Below, one piece after another: positions 26,354 through 36,283 of a stretch of DNA of 64,000 nt (positions are counted from its first letter, which is position 1; each line of letters begins with the position of its first letter). Under the pieces are notes generated by a model. It worked only from the letters and a program-made list of their open reading frames with translations, searched no databases and was not told the DNA's origin. Source of the stretch: a virus (Duplodnaviria; Caudoviricetes); the IMG/VR virus record IMGVR_UViG_3300031786_000572, positions 1 to 64,000 of that record; one strand, given 5' to 3'. The position numbers and the translations under genes are program-made.

Positions 26354-27132
26354 TGATAAAAGGATTAAGTAAAGAAGAGATAATTGGGAAGATATTCTAC
26401 GGCGAAGTTGTAGATAATAATGACCCGCTTCAAGAAGGGCGTTGCCGAGTTAAAGTTTTTGGTATCTTTGATGATATTCCAGACGCAGATATTCCATGGG
26501 CATCTCCGGGTTCTTCCAATTCATTTGGAGGAGGAGAAGATGGAGGCTTTGGCAATATATCAATACCAAAGAATAAAGCAATAGTAAGACTTAGTTTTGC
26601 TGATGGTGAACTCTATAATCCAGAGTGGTTTAGCATTGCGTACATCAACCAAGAAGTTAAGAATGAAATTGCTGATTCTTATTTAAACTCACATGTTCTT
26701 ATGTATGATGTTGATGAACAGATGAGAGTTTTTTATACACCGTCTAAAGGGTTTGAAATTTACTTTAAGAAATCACATATCACAATTAATCCTGATGTAA
26801 GTATTACAATAGAACACGCAGACTCACAAAGTATTATTGAACTTATAGGCCCCGATTGTAATATTACTACACAAGCAAACGTTAATGTAACCGCTGCTAC
26901 AAAAATTGAAGAAACTGCTGAAACTTGTATCATAAACGGAACTCAATTAACACAATTAGGTCCAACGGGCAATTTTAGTGCAGTGGGAGCAGAACCGTTA
27001 TGGGCATTCTTAAAATCCCTATCTGCAGCAGTAGATCTTAAATGGCCTCCTTCACCAGGAGCAAATGCCTCTGCGGCAGCTGCAGCGGAAACAGCATCAA
27101 CATCAACCATTGTGACTGTCACAGTACCTTAA
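26353..27132 (+). CDS. gp5/VgrG-like baseplate central spike (OB fold plus short beta-helix, no lysozyme domain)
   Basis: FYGEVVDNNDPLQEGRCRVKVFG...IPWA and IPKNKAIVRLSFADGELYNP motifs. Confidence 0.82.
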   Translation: MIKGLSKEEIIGKIFYGEVVDNNDPLQEGRCRVKVFGIFDDIPDADIPWASPGSSNSFGGGEDGGFGNISIPKNKAIVRLSFADGELYNPEWFSIAYINQEVKNEIADSYLNSHVLMYDVDEQMRVFYTPSKGFEIYFKKSHITINPDVSITIEHADSQSIIELIGPDCNITTQANVNVTAATKIEETAETCIINGTQLTQLGPTGNFSAVGAEPLWAFLKSLSAAVDLKWPPSPGANASAAAAAETASTSTIVTVTVP

Positions 27133-27141
27133 TCATGAAAC

Positions 27142-29832
27142 ATGGCAGATCTATCACCAGCAGCTCAAGCAATAGTTGAAGCACTAAAATCTAAAGCAAA
27201 AGTTATAGACGGAGTTCCCTACATGCCCACTGGGTTTGAAGGTAAATCTGCGTCTGAACTTTTAGACGCAGTGAATGCTTCATATACTAAAATTGGAAAA
27301 GCAACTGTAGGTTCAAATAAAAATGCAGCTGGTTTAGGTGGAGGCGCAACTCGTAGCAATGCGGTTATACCAACAGATATTACGGCAGCACCATCGTCAA
27401 CAACAAATATTCTTCCAAATTATTCTAAAGAAGAAATTGAAGAAGTTGCTAAGGAAGCTGTTCAAGAATGTGAAATTCGCAAAGCAGTTCCTAACATTTT
27501 AAATAACGTTCAGTTATCTGAAGCTATTGATGCAAAGTGTGATATTAAACCACCTGTGCCATTCTTACCTGCTGAATTTTTACCTGACACTCCAGTTGAG
27601 TTAAAGCCAGAACCTGAGCCAGAAGATTCTTTAGCACCTCCTAAATATACGCTTGTCACATTGGTTAATCTTGATGGATTAACTGCAAACGGAAATGAAT
27701 ATGCTGAAATAAAAGTTCTTAAGAATGATGGTGATAAAGTTTCTTGTGGAGAAACTATCATGGAAGTTGGTGGAATAGCTGTTACTTGTCCTATAGTTGA
27801 TGGGACAGTTAAAAAAATAATCACCAAAGAAAAAGCTGTTAAGTTTAGCCAGCTATTTGTAGTAGAAGAACCTAATCCAGTAGATACATCGAAAAAAGTT
27901 TTTGCTGAAGCTGATAATCTTAAAAAGAAGATTGATGAAATGATTCTTCTTAAAGAAAGATTAGGAGTACTTGAGCCACAAGTATGGCACTCAAAAATTA
28001 TCTGGGGAATCTTTGAAGGCCAGTACCAAGGATACATTGCATATTATCAAAAATTTAATGATCTTATAACTCAAAGAAATACTCTTAATGATGAGTTTAT
28101 TGAAAATAGAAAGAAATTAGAAGATCTTTTTTATACGTATACTTATACTACTACATCACAATCAAAAGCGGATCTTGTTGCAGCTATAACTACAAGAACT
28201 GAAAAGTTTATCTTACCTAATGATTATAACAGTAATAAGAAAAAACAAATTACTGAATTACTTGCAAGACAGGCTGAACTTGTTACATTAATAGGTAATG
28301 TTACATCACAACTTGATGCTGTAAGAGCTGAACAGCCTACTTATTTTGCATTAGATAAGACTAAAGAAATTAATGCAAGTGTTACTTCTGTCCCGTTTAC
28401 AAAAGGTGTTAAAGGATCACAATACACAATCATACCATTTAAGTCAGGTGATAAAATATCTTCTCCGTATATTGACATATTAAAAGGATTACCTGCTATT
28501 ATAGAGCCTTTTACTAATAACATATTATTGGCAGGTAGATACTTTAATAGGTGGAGTGATATTCCTAATCCTTTACAACCAAATGTTCATTTTGATATTA
28601 ATCAAAAAGGAATCTTTTCTTATAACACATTAATTAGAGTAGAAACTTCACCAACTGATTATGATTTTGAAGTTAAAGGAGGTATTCGTAGATGGTCAGG
28701 AAGTATGTGGAAAACCCGATACGATTTCTTTAACACAGCAACAGCAGTTTCTAAAGGTATTAAACCGTCAGATGATCCTGATGAAGTAACGCAAAAGACA
28801 GGTGATTTAAGTTTACAAGAAAGAGCGTTACCTGCGGTAATAGAAAAACTTGCTACCGATAATTATAATGCGGTTGTAGAATACTGTAAGAACTTTGGTT
28901 ACTATTTATTAAATGATGGTTCAATATTCATACAAAACGGCAAGAATAAAACTACTGAACTTGATAAGAAACGCAAAGATGCACAAGCGGCATTTGATAA
29001 ACTTCATGATGAATATGCGGCTATTCGTAAAAAAATAGTAGAAACAGAGATATACATAGACTCATTTCCAAATATCATTAAAAACATAACTACAAGTGGT
29101 TGTGGAATGGTAGGCGGTGGTCCTGCATCAGTTGGTAAGTATGAAGGTAAGAAAGCTAAAATCATTCCTTGGCCGTTTAGTGATGGTGGGGGTGGTGCTG
29201 GTGCTGGTGTCCCAGGTGATAATGATAAAGAAAACGGAAACCCAGACCCTAATTCTCCGCCATCAACATCTCTTGCATATTGGAAAAAATATTGTAAGCG
29301 AGCAACTACGGTTAACTTGCTTCCTACATACTGGCCTATCGGTATTATTATACCTACACCAAGTGGATTAATTAAGATACCTTTTCCTATTATCTGGACA
29401 CCGCTTGCAGTTATTCCGTCGGATCTTGCACTAATTGTGATAGGAATAACAATGTGCGGTATTTGCCCAGGACCTTTTATCTATATAGTAAACCCGGGTT
29501 GGCCGTTTCCTATAGGAATGGTTAAAGCAAAAGAATCTTGGTTTGTGGTAGGAAATCGTGGACCAAAAAATATTGATTCTATTACTACATCTGAAGTTTC
29601 TGCGCTTGACATACCTACAGTTAACATACCGTTAAAATACACAAAGAATGGACAGACTGTTAAGACTAATGTCAAAATTAACGTGGGACCTATTGTAACT
29701 CAACTTTTACCTTTTATACAAGATGATTTACCTGTGTATGAAAGATTAACCATGACAAATGTTGTCTACTTATTATATCTTGCAAAATGGTGCAAGCAAG
29801 GAAAAAACACATACGGATTCTTTACAAGTTAG
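27142..29832 (+). CDS. Large baseplate-associated protein (lipoyl-like domain, coiled coils, Pro-rich hydrophobic C-terminus)
   Basis: Directly follows the spike gene; see findings. Confidence 0.5.
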   Translation: MADLSPAAQAIVEALKSKAKVIDGVPYMPTGFEGKSASELLDAVNASYTKIGKATVGSNKNAAGLGGGATRSNAVIPTDITAAPSSTTNILPNYSKEEIEEVAKEAVQECEIRKAVPNILNNVQLSEAIDAKCDIKPPVPFLPAEFLPDTPVELKPEPEPEDSLAPPKYTLVTLVNLDGLTANGNEYAEIKVLKNDGDKVSCGETIMEVGGIAVTCPIVDGTVKKIITKEKAVKFSQLFVVEEPNPVDTSKKVFAEADNLKKKIDEMILLKERLGVLEPQVWHSKIIWGIFEGQYQGYIAYYQKFNDLITQRNTLNDEFIENRKKLEDLFYTYTYTTTSQSKADLVAAITTRTEKFILPNDYNSNKKKQITELLARQAELVTLIGNVTSQLDAVRAEQPTYFALDKTKEINASVTSVPFTKGVKGSQYTIIPFKSGDKISSPYIDILKGLPAIIEPFTNNILLAGRYFNRWSDIPNPLQPNVHFDINQKGIFSYNTLIRVETSPTDYDFEVKGGIRRWSGSMWKTRYDFFNTATAVSKGIKPSDDPDEVTQKTGDLSLQERALPAVIEKLATDNYNAVVEYCKNFGYYLLNDGSIFIQNGKNKTTELDKKRKDAQAAFDKLHDEYAAIRKKIVETEIYIDSFPNIIKNITTSGCGMVGGGPASVGKYEGKKAKIIPWPFSDGGGGAGAGVPGDNDKENGNPDPNSPPSTSLAYWKKYCKRATTVNLLPTYWPIGIIIPTPSGLIKIPFPIIWTPLAVIPSDLALIVIGITMCGICPGPFIYIVNPGWPFPIGMVKAKESWFVVGNRGPKNIDSITTSEVSALDIPTVNIPLKYTKNGQTVKTNVKINVGPIVTQLLPFIQDDLPVYERLTMTNVVYLLYLAKWCKQGKNTYGFFTS

Positions 29833-29863
29833 AGTCCTTAAAAATATATGATCAAACATCGCG

Positions 29864-29871
29864 GATATATA
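29864..29871 (+). promoter_or_regulatory. Putative late promoter (GATATATA)
   Basis: Intergenic, 15 nt upstream of the bS1-like start. Confidence 0.45.
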
Positions 29872-29885
29872 CAAAAAGCAAAAAT

Positions 29886-31091
29886 ATGGAACTAAAAAAA
29901 CAAGACGAAATTTTCGATGACAACTATTGGGCACTCCTTGCAACAAATGGCAAGTTAGTACCAAATGCGAAATTAAGTAGTAAAGCAGGCAATGCTGTTT
30001 ATTGCCACGAATCATACGCTGAAGATTTATTGGCGGTGTATCAAGGAATGACTGAAACGGCAAATAAAGAGCCGAAAGTAGGTGAAGTTTATAAACTTGT
30101 AGATGTAAGAGTCGGTGTTAACCGTGAACTATACGTTACACTTACAGGTTTTATTGATGCAACAGTTAATCTGGAGCAAGAGAAGAAATTCCTAGCAATG
30201 TTAGGAATGACTGAAGAAGAATTGGTAGAGAGTTTAAAAACCGAAGACGGTAAAAAACATTTCTGTGCTAATCAGTATCATGTAAGAGTTGAGATGATTA
30301 AACCTTATGTTAAGGTATCTCTTTATGAAGGGCAGCTTTCTCATATCAAAGAAGATTTCTTTGGGCAGATTGGAAAACCTACAACAGCTTACTATGGAAC
30401 TATTACAGGTAAGAACCAAGGTGGATTTATTATTGCGGTTCAAGGTATTAATGGTTTCCTTCCTGGATCTCTTGCGGCAGCTAATGTGGTACGAGACTTT
30501 GATAGTATGATTGGTAAAACAGTTCCAGTGATGGTTGAAGATTATCTTACAGAGAGTAGTACATTCGTATTCTCTTATAAGAAATATCTTGCTTATGTTC
30601 TTCCAACAAAAATTGAAGAACTTGACCTTGATGCAAAATACACAGGGACAGTTACAGGTATTGCAAAATATGGTATCTTTGTTGAGTTTGATGAAATCTT
30701 TACAGGATTACTTCATAGCAGTAAAATGTCTGCGGCTCTTAAAGAATCGTTTAAGAACTTTGAGTTTAAACCTGGAGATACGGTTGACTTCTGGATTAGA
30801 GAGATTACGCCAGATAAGAAAATCATTTTATCTGATGAAGATCCTTCATTCCGTAGAAAAGAACTTGAAGAATTTAAAGATCAAAACGTTGGAATTATTC
30901 GCAGCGGGGAAGTGGTGTCAATTCAACCATTTGGTGCACTAATTAAAATCCAAAAAGATATGGTTGGTCTTATTTCCCAAAAGGAAATTAAAATGAAAAA
31001 GAAACGATTCAATGTAGGTGATGAAGTTATGGTCACTATTGAAAGAGTTGCTAACGATAAAATTTTCTTAACATTACCAAGCGAATCGTAA
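29886..31091 (+). CDS. Ribosomal protein bS1-like multi-S1-domain RNA-binding protein (start corrected to ATG 29886)
   Basis: S1 repeats: YYGTITGKNQGGFIIAVQGINGFLPGS, YTGTVTGIAKYGIFVEF..FTGLLHSS and SGEVVSIQPFGALIKI..MVGLIS; probable degenerate fourth at the N-terminus. Confidence 0.85.
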   Translation: MELKKQDEIFDDNYWALLATNGKLVPNAKLSSKAGNAVYCHESYAEDLLAVYQGMTETANKEPKVGEVYKLVDVRVGVNRELYVTLTGFIDATVNLEQEKKFLAMLGMTEEELVESLKTEDGKKHFCANQYHVRVEMIKPYVKVSLYEGQLSHIKEDFFGQIGKPTTAYYGTITGKNQGGFIIAVQGINGFLPGSLAAANVVRDFDSMIGKTVPVMVEDYLTESSTFVFSYKKYLAYVLPTKIEELDLDAKYTGTVTGIAKYGIFVEFDEIFTGLLHSSKMSAALKESFKNFEFKPGDTVDFWIREITPDKKIILSDEDPSFRRKELEEFKDQNVGIIRSGEVVSIQPFGALIKIQKDMVGLISQKEIKMKKKRFNVGDEVMVTIERVANDKIFLTLPSES

Positions 31092-31092
31092 G

Positions 31093-31233
31093 ATGGCTGA
31101 ATGTCCAAGATGTAAAACTAGTTTAGGTTGCTCATGTCAACTTAAGAATGCATCAGACGGAACTGAAGTATGTGAAGAATGTATAGAAAATTACGAATTA
31201 AAATTAAAGGCAAAGAAACGCAATGAAAGTTAA
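31093..31233 (+). CDS. 46-aa Cys-rich putative zinc-binding peptide (not in the ORF track)
   Basis: MAECPRCKTSLGCSCQLKNASDGTEVCEECIENYELKLKAKKRNES; CxxC..CxC..CxxC; fills the gap between two genes. Confidence 0.7.
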   Translation: MAECPRCKTSLGCSCQLKNASDGTEVCEECIENYELKLKAKKRNES

Positions 31234-32629
31234 AAAGTCTTATACCGAAGCTGAAATCCTTGACGCCGGAAAGATTGGATATGAATTTGAGTTTTATTCA
31301 AATTTATCCATTGAAAAGACCGCTCGTGGATTAGCCAAGTATATCCAAAAGAGGGTGGTTATTCCTATGGCACTTAGTAACATACAAAAGCCTAAACCTC
31401 TTTATCATTCGCCAATCACGCCTACTGCTGATATCTTTAAACTAGAGCCTGATTATTCAGGAGGTAAAAATATGATGGAACTTGTTACGGGCCCTATGTC
31501 TTATAAAGATGCCCGTAATGTTCTAATCAAAGTTTTTGAGTGGATTAAAGATAACGGATACACAAATGAAAGATGCTCTATACATGCTAACATTAGTATA
31601 GATCCTAATAAGTTACCTACGCTAGTAAATATTCCTCAAATGAATGTTGCCAAATTCATACTTGATTTTGATGAAGGTAGAATTTACGATGTATTCCCAC
31701 AAAGAAAAGATTCCGTTTATGCAAGAAGTATAAAAAATCTTAGACCTAATAAGGTTATGTTTTATTCTCCTTCTTTAGAAGAGTTTAGTCGTTCAACTAT
31801 GGCAATACCTGATGAAAAGTATTTTGGGGTGAACTTTACAAAGTTGGAAAAAGGATACTTAGAATACAGATATATGGGAGGTAAAGATTATCATACTAAG
31901 GCTCGTAAGATTCTTAGTCTTGTTGATTATTACATCTTACATATGTTTAGTGTTTTAAACTTTAATGGTCAATATTCACAAGTTGACCGAGCTAAGTTTA
32001 AGAGCATGATGGAAAAACAAGAAATCATATACAAATCATTTATTAAATACGGAGAGTTTAAAAAGAACTATCCTGACATTGAGCTTTCAATGGATATGAT
32101 TAAAGATGATCAAACTCTATCTGCTGTTTGGGGTAATCTACGAGAAAAACTATTTGATCTTGTAGTTACTGGAGGAATGACTAAAGGTAAATTTAATTAT
32201 GATACTGATTTAGGTCGCTTCCAACTTCAAGACACTAAACTAAATAACTGTAAAGTTGAAGACATTGAGTTTATTAATTGTGAGATCCAAGGTGTTATAG
32301 ACCGTTCATGGTTTTATAACTGTACTGTAAAGAACTCTAGAATTACAAATTCGTGGGCTATGAAAGAGAATGTTTTTGAGTTCTCTAAAATTGCTGATAC
32401 TCCACTTCACGTTACTAATGTATGTAATGACTGTTTCATCGAGAATAAACGTTTCGTTATTAACTGTGAAGTCAATAAAGGAGTTATTCGTAATGGTGAA
32501 ATTGGTAAACTTGCAAAAGTTTCAAAAGAAACTATGATTGTTGAACTGATTGAGCCATCTGAATCTGACGGCGGATTTAAAAGTGAAGAAACAGGAAAGA
32601 AAGAAGAAATAAAAAAAGCAAAGAAATAA
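31223..32629 (+). CDS. Putative amidoligase (COOH-NH2 ligase type 2) with beta-repeat C-terminus
   Basis: IGYEFEF, LEPDYSGG..MELVTGP, CSIHANIS, KYFGVN and LEYRY motifs. Confidence 0.75.
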   Translation: MKVKKSYTEAEILDAGKIGYEFEFYSNLSIEKTARGLAKYIQKRVVIPMALSNIQKPKPLYHSPITPTADIFKLEPDYSGGKNMMELVTGPMSYKDARNVLIKVFEWIKDNGYTNERCSIHANISIDPNKLPTLVNIPQMNVAKFILDFDEGRIYDVFPQRKDSVYARSIKNLRPNKVMFYSPSLEEFSRSTMAIPDEKYFGVNFTKLEKGYLEYRYMGGKDYHTKARKILSLVDYYILHMFSVLNFNGQYSQVDRAKFKSMMEKQEIIYKSFIKYGEFKKNYPDIELSMDMIKDDQTLSAVWGNLREKLFDLVVTGGMTKGKFNYDTDLGRFQLQDTKLNNCKVEDIEFINCEIQGVIDRSWFYNCTVKNSRITNSWAMKENVFEFSKIADTPLHVTNVCNDCFIENKRFVINCEVNKGVIRNGEIGKLAKVSKETMIVELIEPSESDGGFKSEETGKKEEIKKAKK

Positions 32630-32631
32630 AG

Positions 32632-32928
32632 ATGAAACACATTAAACTATATGAAGACTATATTAATGAGGGTTCTATAAAGCAATTTGATAAAGATGTT
32701 GACACTTTAATTAAAAACATCAAAAGTGGTTATGGCTGGATTGAACCAGAATACGTAATAGATTCATGGGATAACGTAAGTAATACTATTAGCTTTGAAT
32801 TAGTTAAAGGTGAAGTTTTAAAAAGATTATTTAATGCTGGTGTTTTATATCACTCTTCTGCTAATGGCAAAGAAAAGGGTGCAAAAGTTACATTAAGCGA
32901 AATAGGAGCATTAGCGCTAATGCGCTAA
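32632..32928 (+). CDS. Putative internal head protein
   Basis: N-terminus MKHIKLYEDYINE (CTS-like). Confidence 0.62.
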   Translation: MKHIKLYEDYINEGSIKQFDKDVDTLIKNIKSGYGWIEPEYVIDSWDNVSNTISFELVKGEVLKRLFNAGVLYHSSANGKEKGAKVTLSEIGALALMR

Positions 32929-32952
32929 CTTATTGTAAATAAAAGAATCAAG

Positions 32953-33195
32953 ATGAAACATATACAATCGTATGAATCCTTTCTTAACGAAGGATTAGAA
33001 GTTAATACTAACAAGTATCAATTTGCGCATGGAAAGAAACCTAATGGTAATGGGATGTGGGCATTTAAGTTATCTGGGCACCAGATAGAACAAGACGTTT
33101 GGGCTCCAAATGCAATGAATTACAACGATGCTGTGAAATGGGCAAAAGAAGAAGCTAAAAAAATCGGAGCAACTCGTATTGATGTGCTTTCATAA
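32953..33195 (+). CDS. Putative internal head protein
   Basis: N-terminus MKHIQSYESFLNE (CTS-like). Confidence 0.62.
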   Translation: MKHIQSYESFLNEGLEVNTNKYQFAHGKKPNGNGMWAFKLSGHQIEQDVWAPNAMNYNDAVKWAKEEAKKIGATRIDVLS

Positions 33196-33201
33196 AACAG
33201 T

Positions 33202-33933
33202 ATGACAAGAGGAGAACTTATAGAAATGGTAACCGGTGAAATCACAGCAAGTGGTTCACTTCCTTATTCTATTCCTGAGCGTGAAGCAAATCGTATCATT
33301 GACCAAGCACTTAATTGGTTTTATGTTAATTATGGTCCTGCTGTAGAAACTCAATATTATGTGATAGGAAAAGATTGGTTTAAACAGCCTGAATTTAAAA
33401 AGACAAGAAGTGTTTTATTACCTGACTGTGTTGTTACAGTTTTTGAGGTAAAAGAAATAACAGGTGGTGGGCGTCTTGGTACTGTTGACCGTGATTTTGC
33501 TGATAACCGACTTATTGCTTCAGAATTATTTTTATCACCATTTCAATCTGATGACCTTGTTCTTAGAACTGCACAATATTCTTATTGGGATTTAACAAAA
33601 GCATTTATTCTTGAAAGAATTGGGTTTGACTATAATCGTAATACTCATCGTTTAAAAATTGTAGGGCGTGATCCTAAAAGAAATGTTTTCTTGCAAACAT
33701 ATGCAAAGATTGAAGAAAGTAAACTATATGATGATTGGTTCTTCCAAAGATACATAATTGCACAAGCAAAAATATCTTTAGGTAGAATACTTGGAACATT
33801 TAAGTTTAATCTTCCAGGTGGTATTGAAGTTGATGCAAGTGGAATTAAAGATGAAGGTAATGAAGAGCTTAAAGAAATTAAACAAAGAATAGATGATGAA
33901 AACAGTCCAGACTGGTTCTTCTTATTCCACTAA
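33202..33933 (+). CDS. T4 gp13-like neck protein
   Basis: C-terminal QAKISLGRILGTFKFNLPGGIEVDASGIKDEGNEELKEI matches the gp13 pattern. Confidence 0.75.
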   Translation: MTRGELIEMVTGEITASGSLPYSIPEREANRIIDQALNWFYVNYGPAVETQYYVIGKDWFKQPEFKKTRSVLLPDCVVTVFEVKEITGGGRLGTVDRDFADNRLIASELFLSPFQSDDLVLRTAQYSYWDLTKAFILERIGFDYNRNTHRLKIVGRDPKRNVFLQTYAKIEESKLYDDWFFQRYIIAQAKISLGRILGTFKFNLPGGIEVDASGIKDEGNEELKEIKQRIDDENSPDWFFLFH

Positions 33934-33947
33934 TATTAAGATGTCTA

Positions 33948-34310
33948 ATGTTAAGAGAGATATACTGTAGAAATGTTAATGATCCAAGTTATAAACCTTT
34001 TCAATTAGAAACTGGTAGCGAGTTAGAAGCTCTTCTAACTAAAATTCGTATGATCATTTTTACACAAAAAGGTGAAGTTCTTGGTTCTCCTAATTTAGGA
34101 TTAAGTCTTGAAGAATATTTATTTGATTTTAATGTCAATACTGCACAATTACAAAATACATTTTATGGTCAACTTGCTGCTTTTGTTCCTGAGGCTGGAA
34201 AATACAATGTAGAAATCGATGTAAAGTTTCAACCTGGCGAAGTGAGGGATTTATGTTTCATTGATATATACATAGATGGATCCAAATTCATTGGTGTCCT
34301 CGCAAAATAA
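33948..34310 (+). CDS. gp25/GPW-like baseplate wedge protein
   Basis: IRMIIFTQKGEVLGSPNLGLSLEEYLFD motif; size and position. Confidence 0.78.
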   Translation: MLREIYCRNVNDPSYKPFQLETGSELEALLTKIRMIIFTQKGEVLGSPNLGLSLEEYLFDFNVNTAQLQNTFYGQLAAFVPEAGKYNVEIDVKFQPGEVRDLCFIDIYIDGSKFIGVLAK

Positions 34311-34320
34311 GCAGAGATAA

Positions 34321-36012
34321 ATGGAAATATTTAAAGTCAATAGGATATCCTTTAGTCAGATGTATTCTGATGTTAGGGAGTATCTTACAAGTACATTTCA
34401 ACAATCGGCTGAAGTATTCAGCCCAGCAAGTGCGTACGGTCAAATACTGTCCGTAGTTCTTGACATGGGTAAGCTTATTTTATACTATATTGAGGACAGT
34501 ATTACTGAACTTAATATTTATACCGCCACACGCGACATTTCTATTAAAAGTTTAGCCAGAATTGCTGGTCACAACCCTACTCGTGCTATCTCAGCAAACG
34601 GTACTCTTATTTTATCTTATAGCGGAGAACAAATTGATATGTATGGTAATACTGTAATCATACCAAATTACACAAGAATGGTTAATGATGCTACGGGATT
34701 ACCTTATCTTATAGTTTTAAACACAGAAGAAACTCGTCTTGAACTTGTTGCTAAAAAATCTATTGAAGTTAAACTATTCCAAGGTGAAGTTGAGTCTCAA
34801 CAAGTAACTGGAACTGGGTTACCTCTTCAATCATATTCTGTTAATCCTAAAAGAGGTTATCAAGTTGACAATGGATTTGTTAACGTTTATGTGAATAATG
34901 AAAAATGGAAAGTTTATGATTCTATTTATGATATTCCGTATGAAGCAAAAGGTGTAGTTGTTAAGACAGGTATTAACGGTGGTCTTGATACTTACTTTGG
35001 TAATTCATACTTTGGAAGTATTCCTGCATTAGGTTCTACTATTAGAATTGAGTATTTAACCAATGCTGGTAATGCTGGTAACATTTTTGACAATAGCCAA
35101 CCAAAGTTTTCATTTGCTGATGATGGATTTGATTTAGCAGGTGATACGGTAGATCTTAATACTGCCTTAAATGTAAGAGTTGGCCTACCTATTAACTTTG
35201 GTGCTGACAGCGAACCTGTTTATTTAACTCGTATACTTGCTCCTAAAACGAGTCGTGCGTATGTCTTAGCAAATGCGGATAATTATGTTTACTTCTTAGA
35301 GAAGTTTAATATGTTTAGTGTAATTGATGCATTTAGTTCTTTCAATGATAACGATCTTACTGATGATAATGTAGTTTACCTATTCCTTATACCTGATGTA
35401 AATAAACGTAAACCGTCAAATGCAGATTATTTTAACATACCTCTTAATTTATTCTTATTATCAACAGAAGAGAAGAATAAGATATATGATCTTATAGAAC
35501 AAAGCGGTCAAAAAATTCTAACAACAGTTGTTAAGATTGTTGATCCTATTGTTAAAAAATATGTAGTAAACATTAGTGTTCGTTCTTTTGAAGGATACAG
35601 CAAAGACGTTATTCGTCAATCTATAGTCTCAAAATGTTCGGATTATTTTTTAAAGAATCGTCGTAGAGACAAGATTCCAAAATCTGATTTGGTTTCTATT
35701 ATTGAAAGTGTAGCTGGTGTTGACTCAGTTAACGTTTGGTTTGTATGTGAAGAAAATGAAGTTTTCAAATCTGATCCTGCAAATGCTGAGGCTGCACCTA
35801 AAGGTCTTGATGAATATGGAGATGTACTTATTGGCCGTGGTGAATATGCTCTTATTCGTGGAGGTTGGAATGATCGTACAGGTTTTACATATTATGATTC
35901 AACAGATGCTTCTAAACCTGGAAGTATAAACGTGGTATTTGGTAAAGATTCAGAAAACACATTAAACATGGAACTTCACCGAATTAACATTGATGCAATA
36001 AAAAATACGTAA
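34321..36012 (+). CDS. gp6/baseplate J-like wedge protein
   Basis: SIKSLARIAGHNPTRAISA, SRAYVLANADNY and VAGVDSV motifs; follows the gp25-like gene. Confidence 0.8.
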   Translation: MEIFKVNRISFSQMYSDVREYLTSTFQQSAEVFSPASAYGQILSVVLDMGKLILYYIEDSITELNIYTATRDISIKSLARIAGHNPTRAISANGTLILSYSGEQIDMYGNTVIIPNYTRMVNDATGLPYLIVLNTEETRLELVAKKSIEVKLFQGEVESQQVTGTGLPLQSYSVNPKRGYQVDNGFVNVYVNNEKWKVYDSIYDIPYEAKGVVVKTGINGGLDTYFGNSYFGSIPALGSTIRIEYLTNAGNAGNIFDNSQPKFSFADDGFDLAGDTVDLNTALNVRVGLPINFGADSEPVYLTRILAPKTSRAYVLANADNYVYFLEKFNMFSVIDAFSSFNDNDLTDDNVVYLFLIPDVNKRKPSNADYFNIPLNLFLLSTEEKNKIYDLIEQSGQKILTTVVKIVDPIVKKYVVNISVRSFEGYSKDVIRQSIVSKCSDYFLKNRRRDKIPKSDLVSIIESVAGVDSVNVWFVCEENEVFKSDPANAEAAPKGLDEYGDVLIGRGEYALIRGGWNDRTGFTYYDSTDASKPGSINVVFGKDSENTLNMELHRINIDAIKNT

Positions 36013-36013
36013 G

Positions 36014-36283
36014 ATGGCAGAACCAAGAGAAGGTAAGTATTTAACTCGAGAGAGCTATTACCAATATATGATACATATTCAAGATGATTTAAAAAATACT
36101 GGGTATGACTGGAGAAATAACTTGTTTAGAAAGTCTTTTTCTACTTATTTATTATCAGATCCTAAAAGAGAAGGAATCTTAATCGAACTTCAAAAAATGA
36201 TGGTTTATATGATTGACCGAGTAAGCATGATTAAAAAAGCTATGAATTACACGGTTGATAAAAACTACAAATATCTTAACTAA
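36014..36283 (+). CDS. Small baseplate-associated hypothetical protein
   Basis: 89-aa ORF coupled between the gp6-like gene and the giant gene. Confidence 0.65.
   Translation: MAEPREGKYLTRESYYQYMIHIQDDLKNTGYDWRNNLFRKSFSTYLLSDPKREGILIELQKMMVYMIDRVSMIKKAMNYTVDKNYKYLN

Noticed and set aside
26353-27132. T6SS VgrG or extracellular contractile injection system
   Set aside because: The neck gp13-like gene, capsid-targeted proteins, phage promoters and PhoH indicate a phage tail
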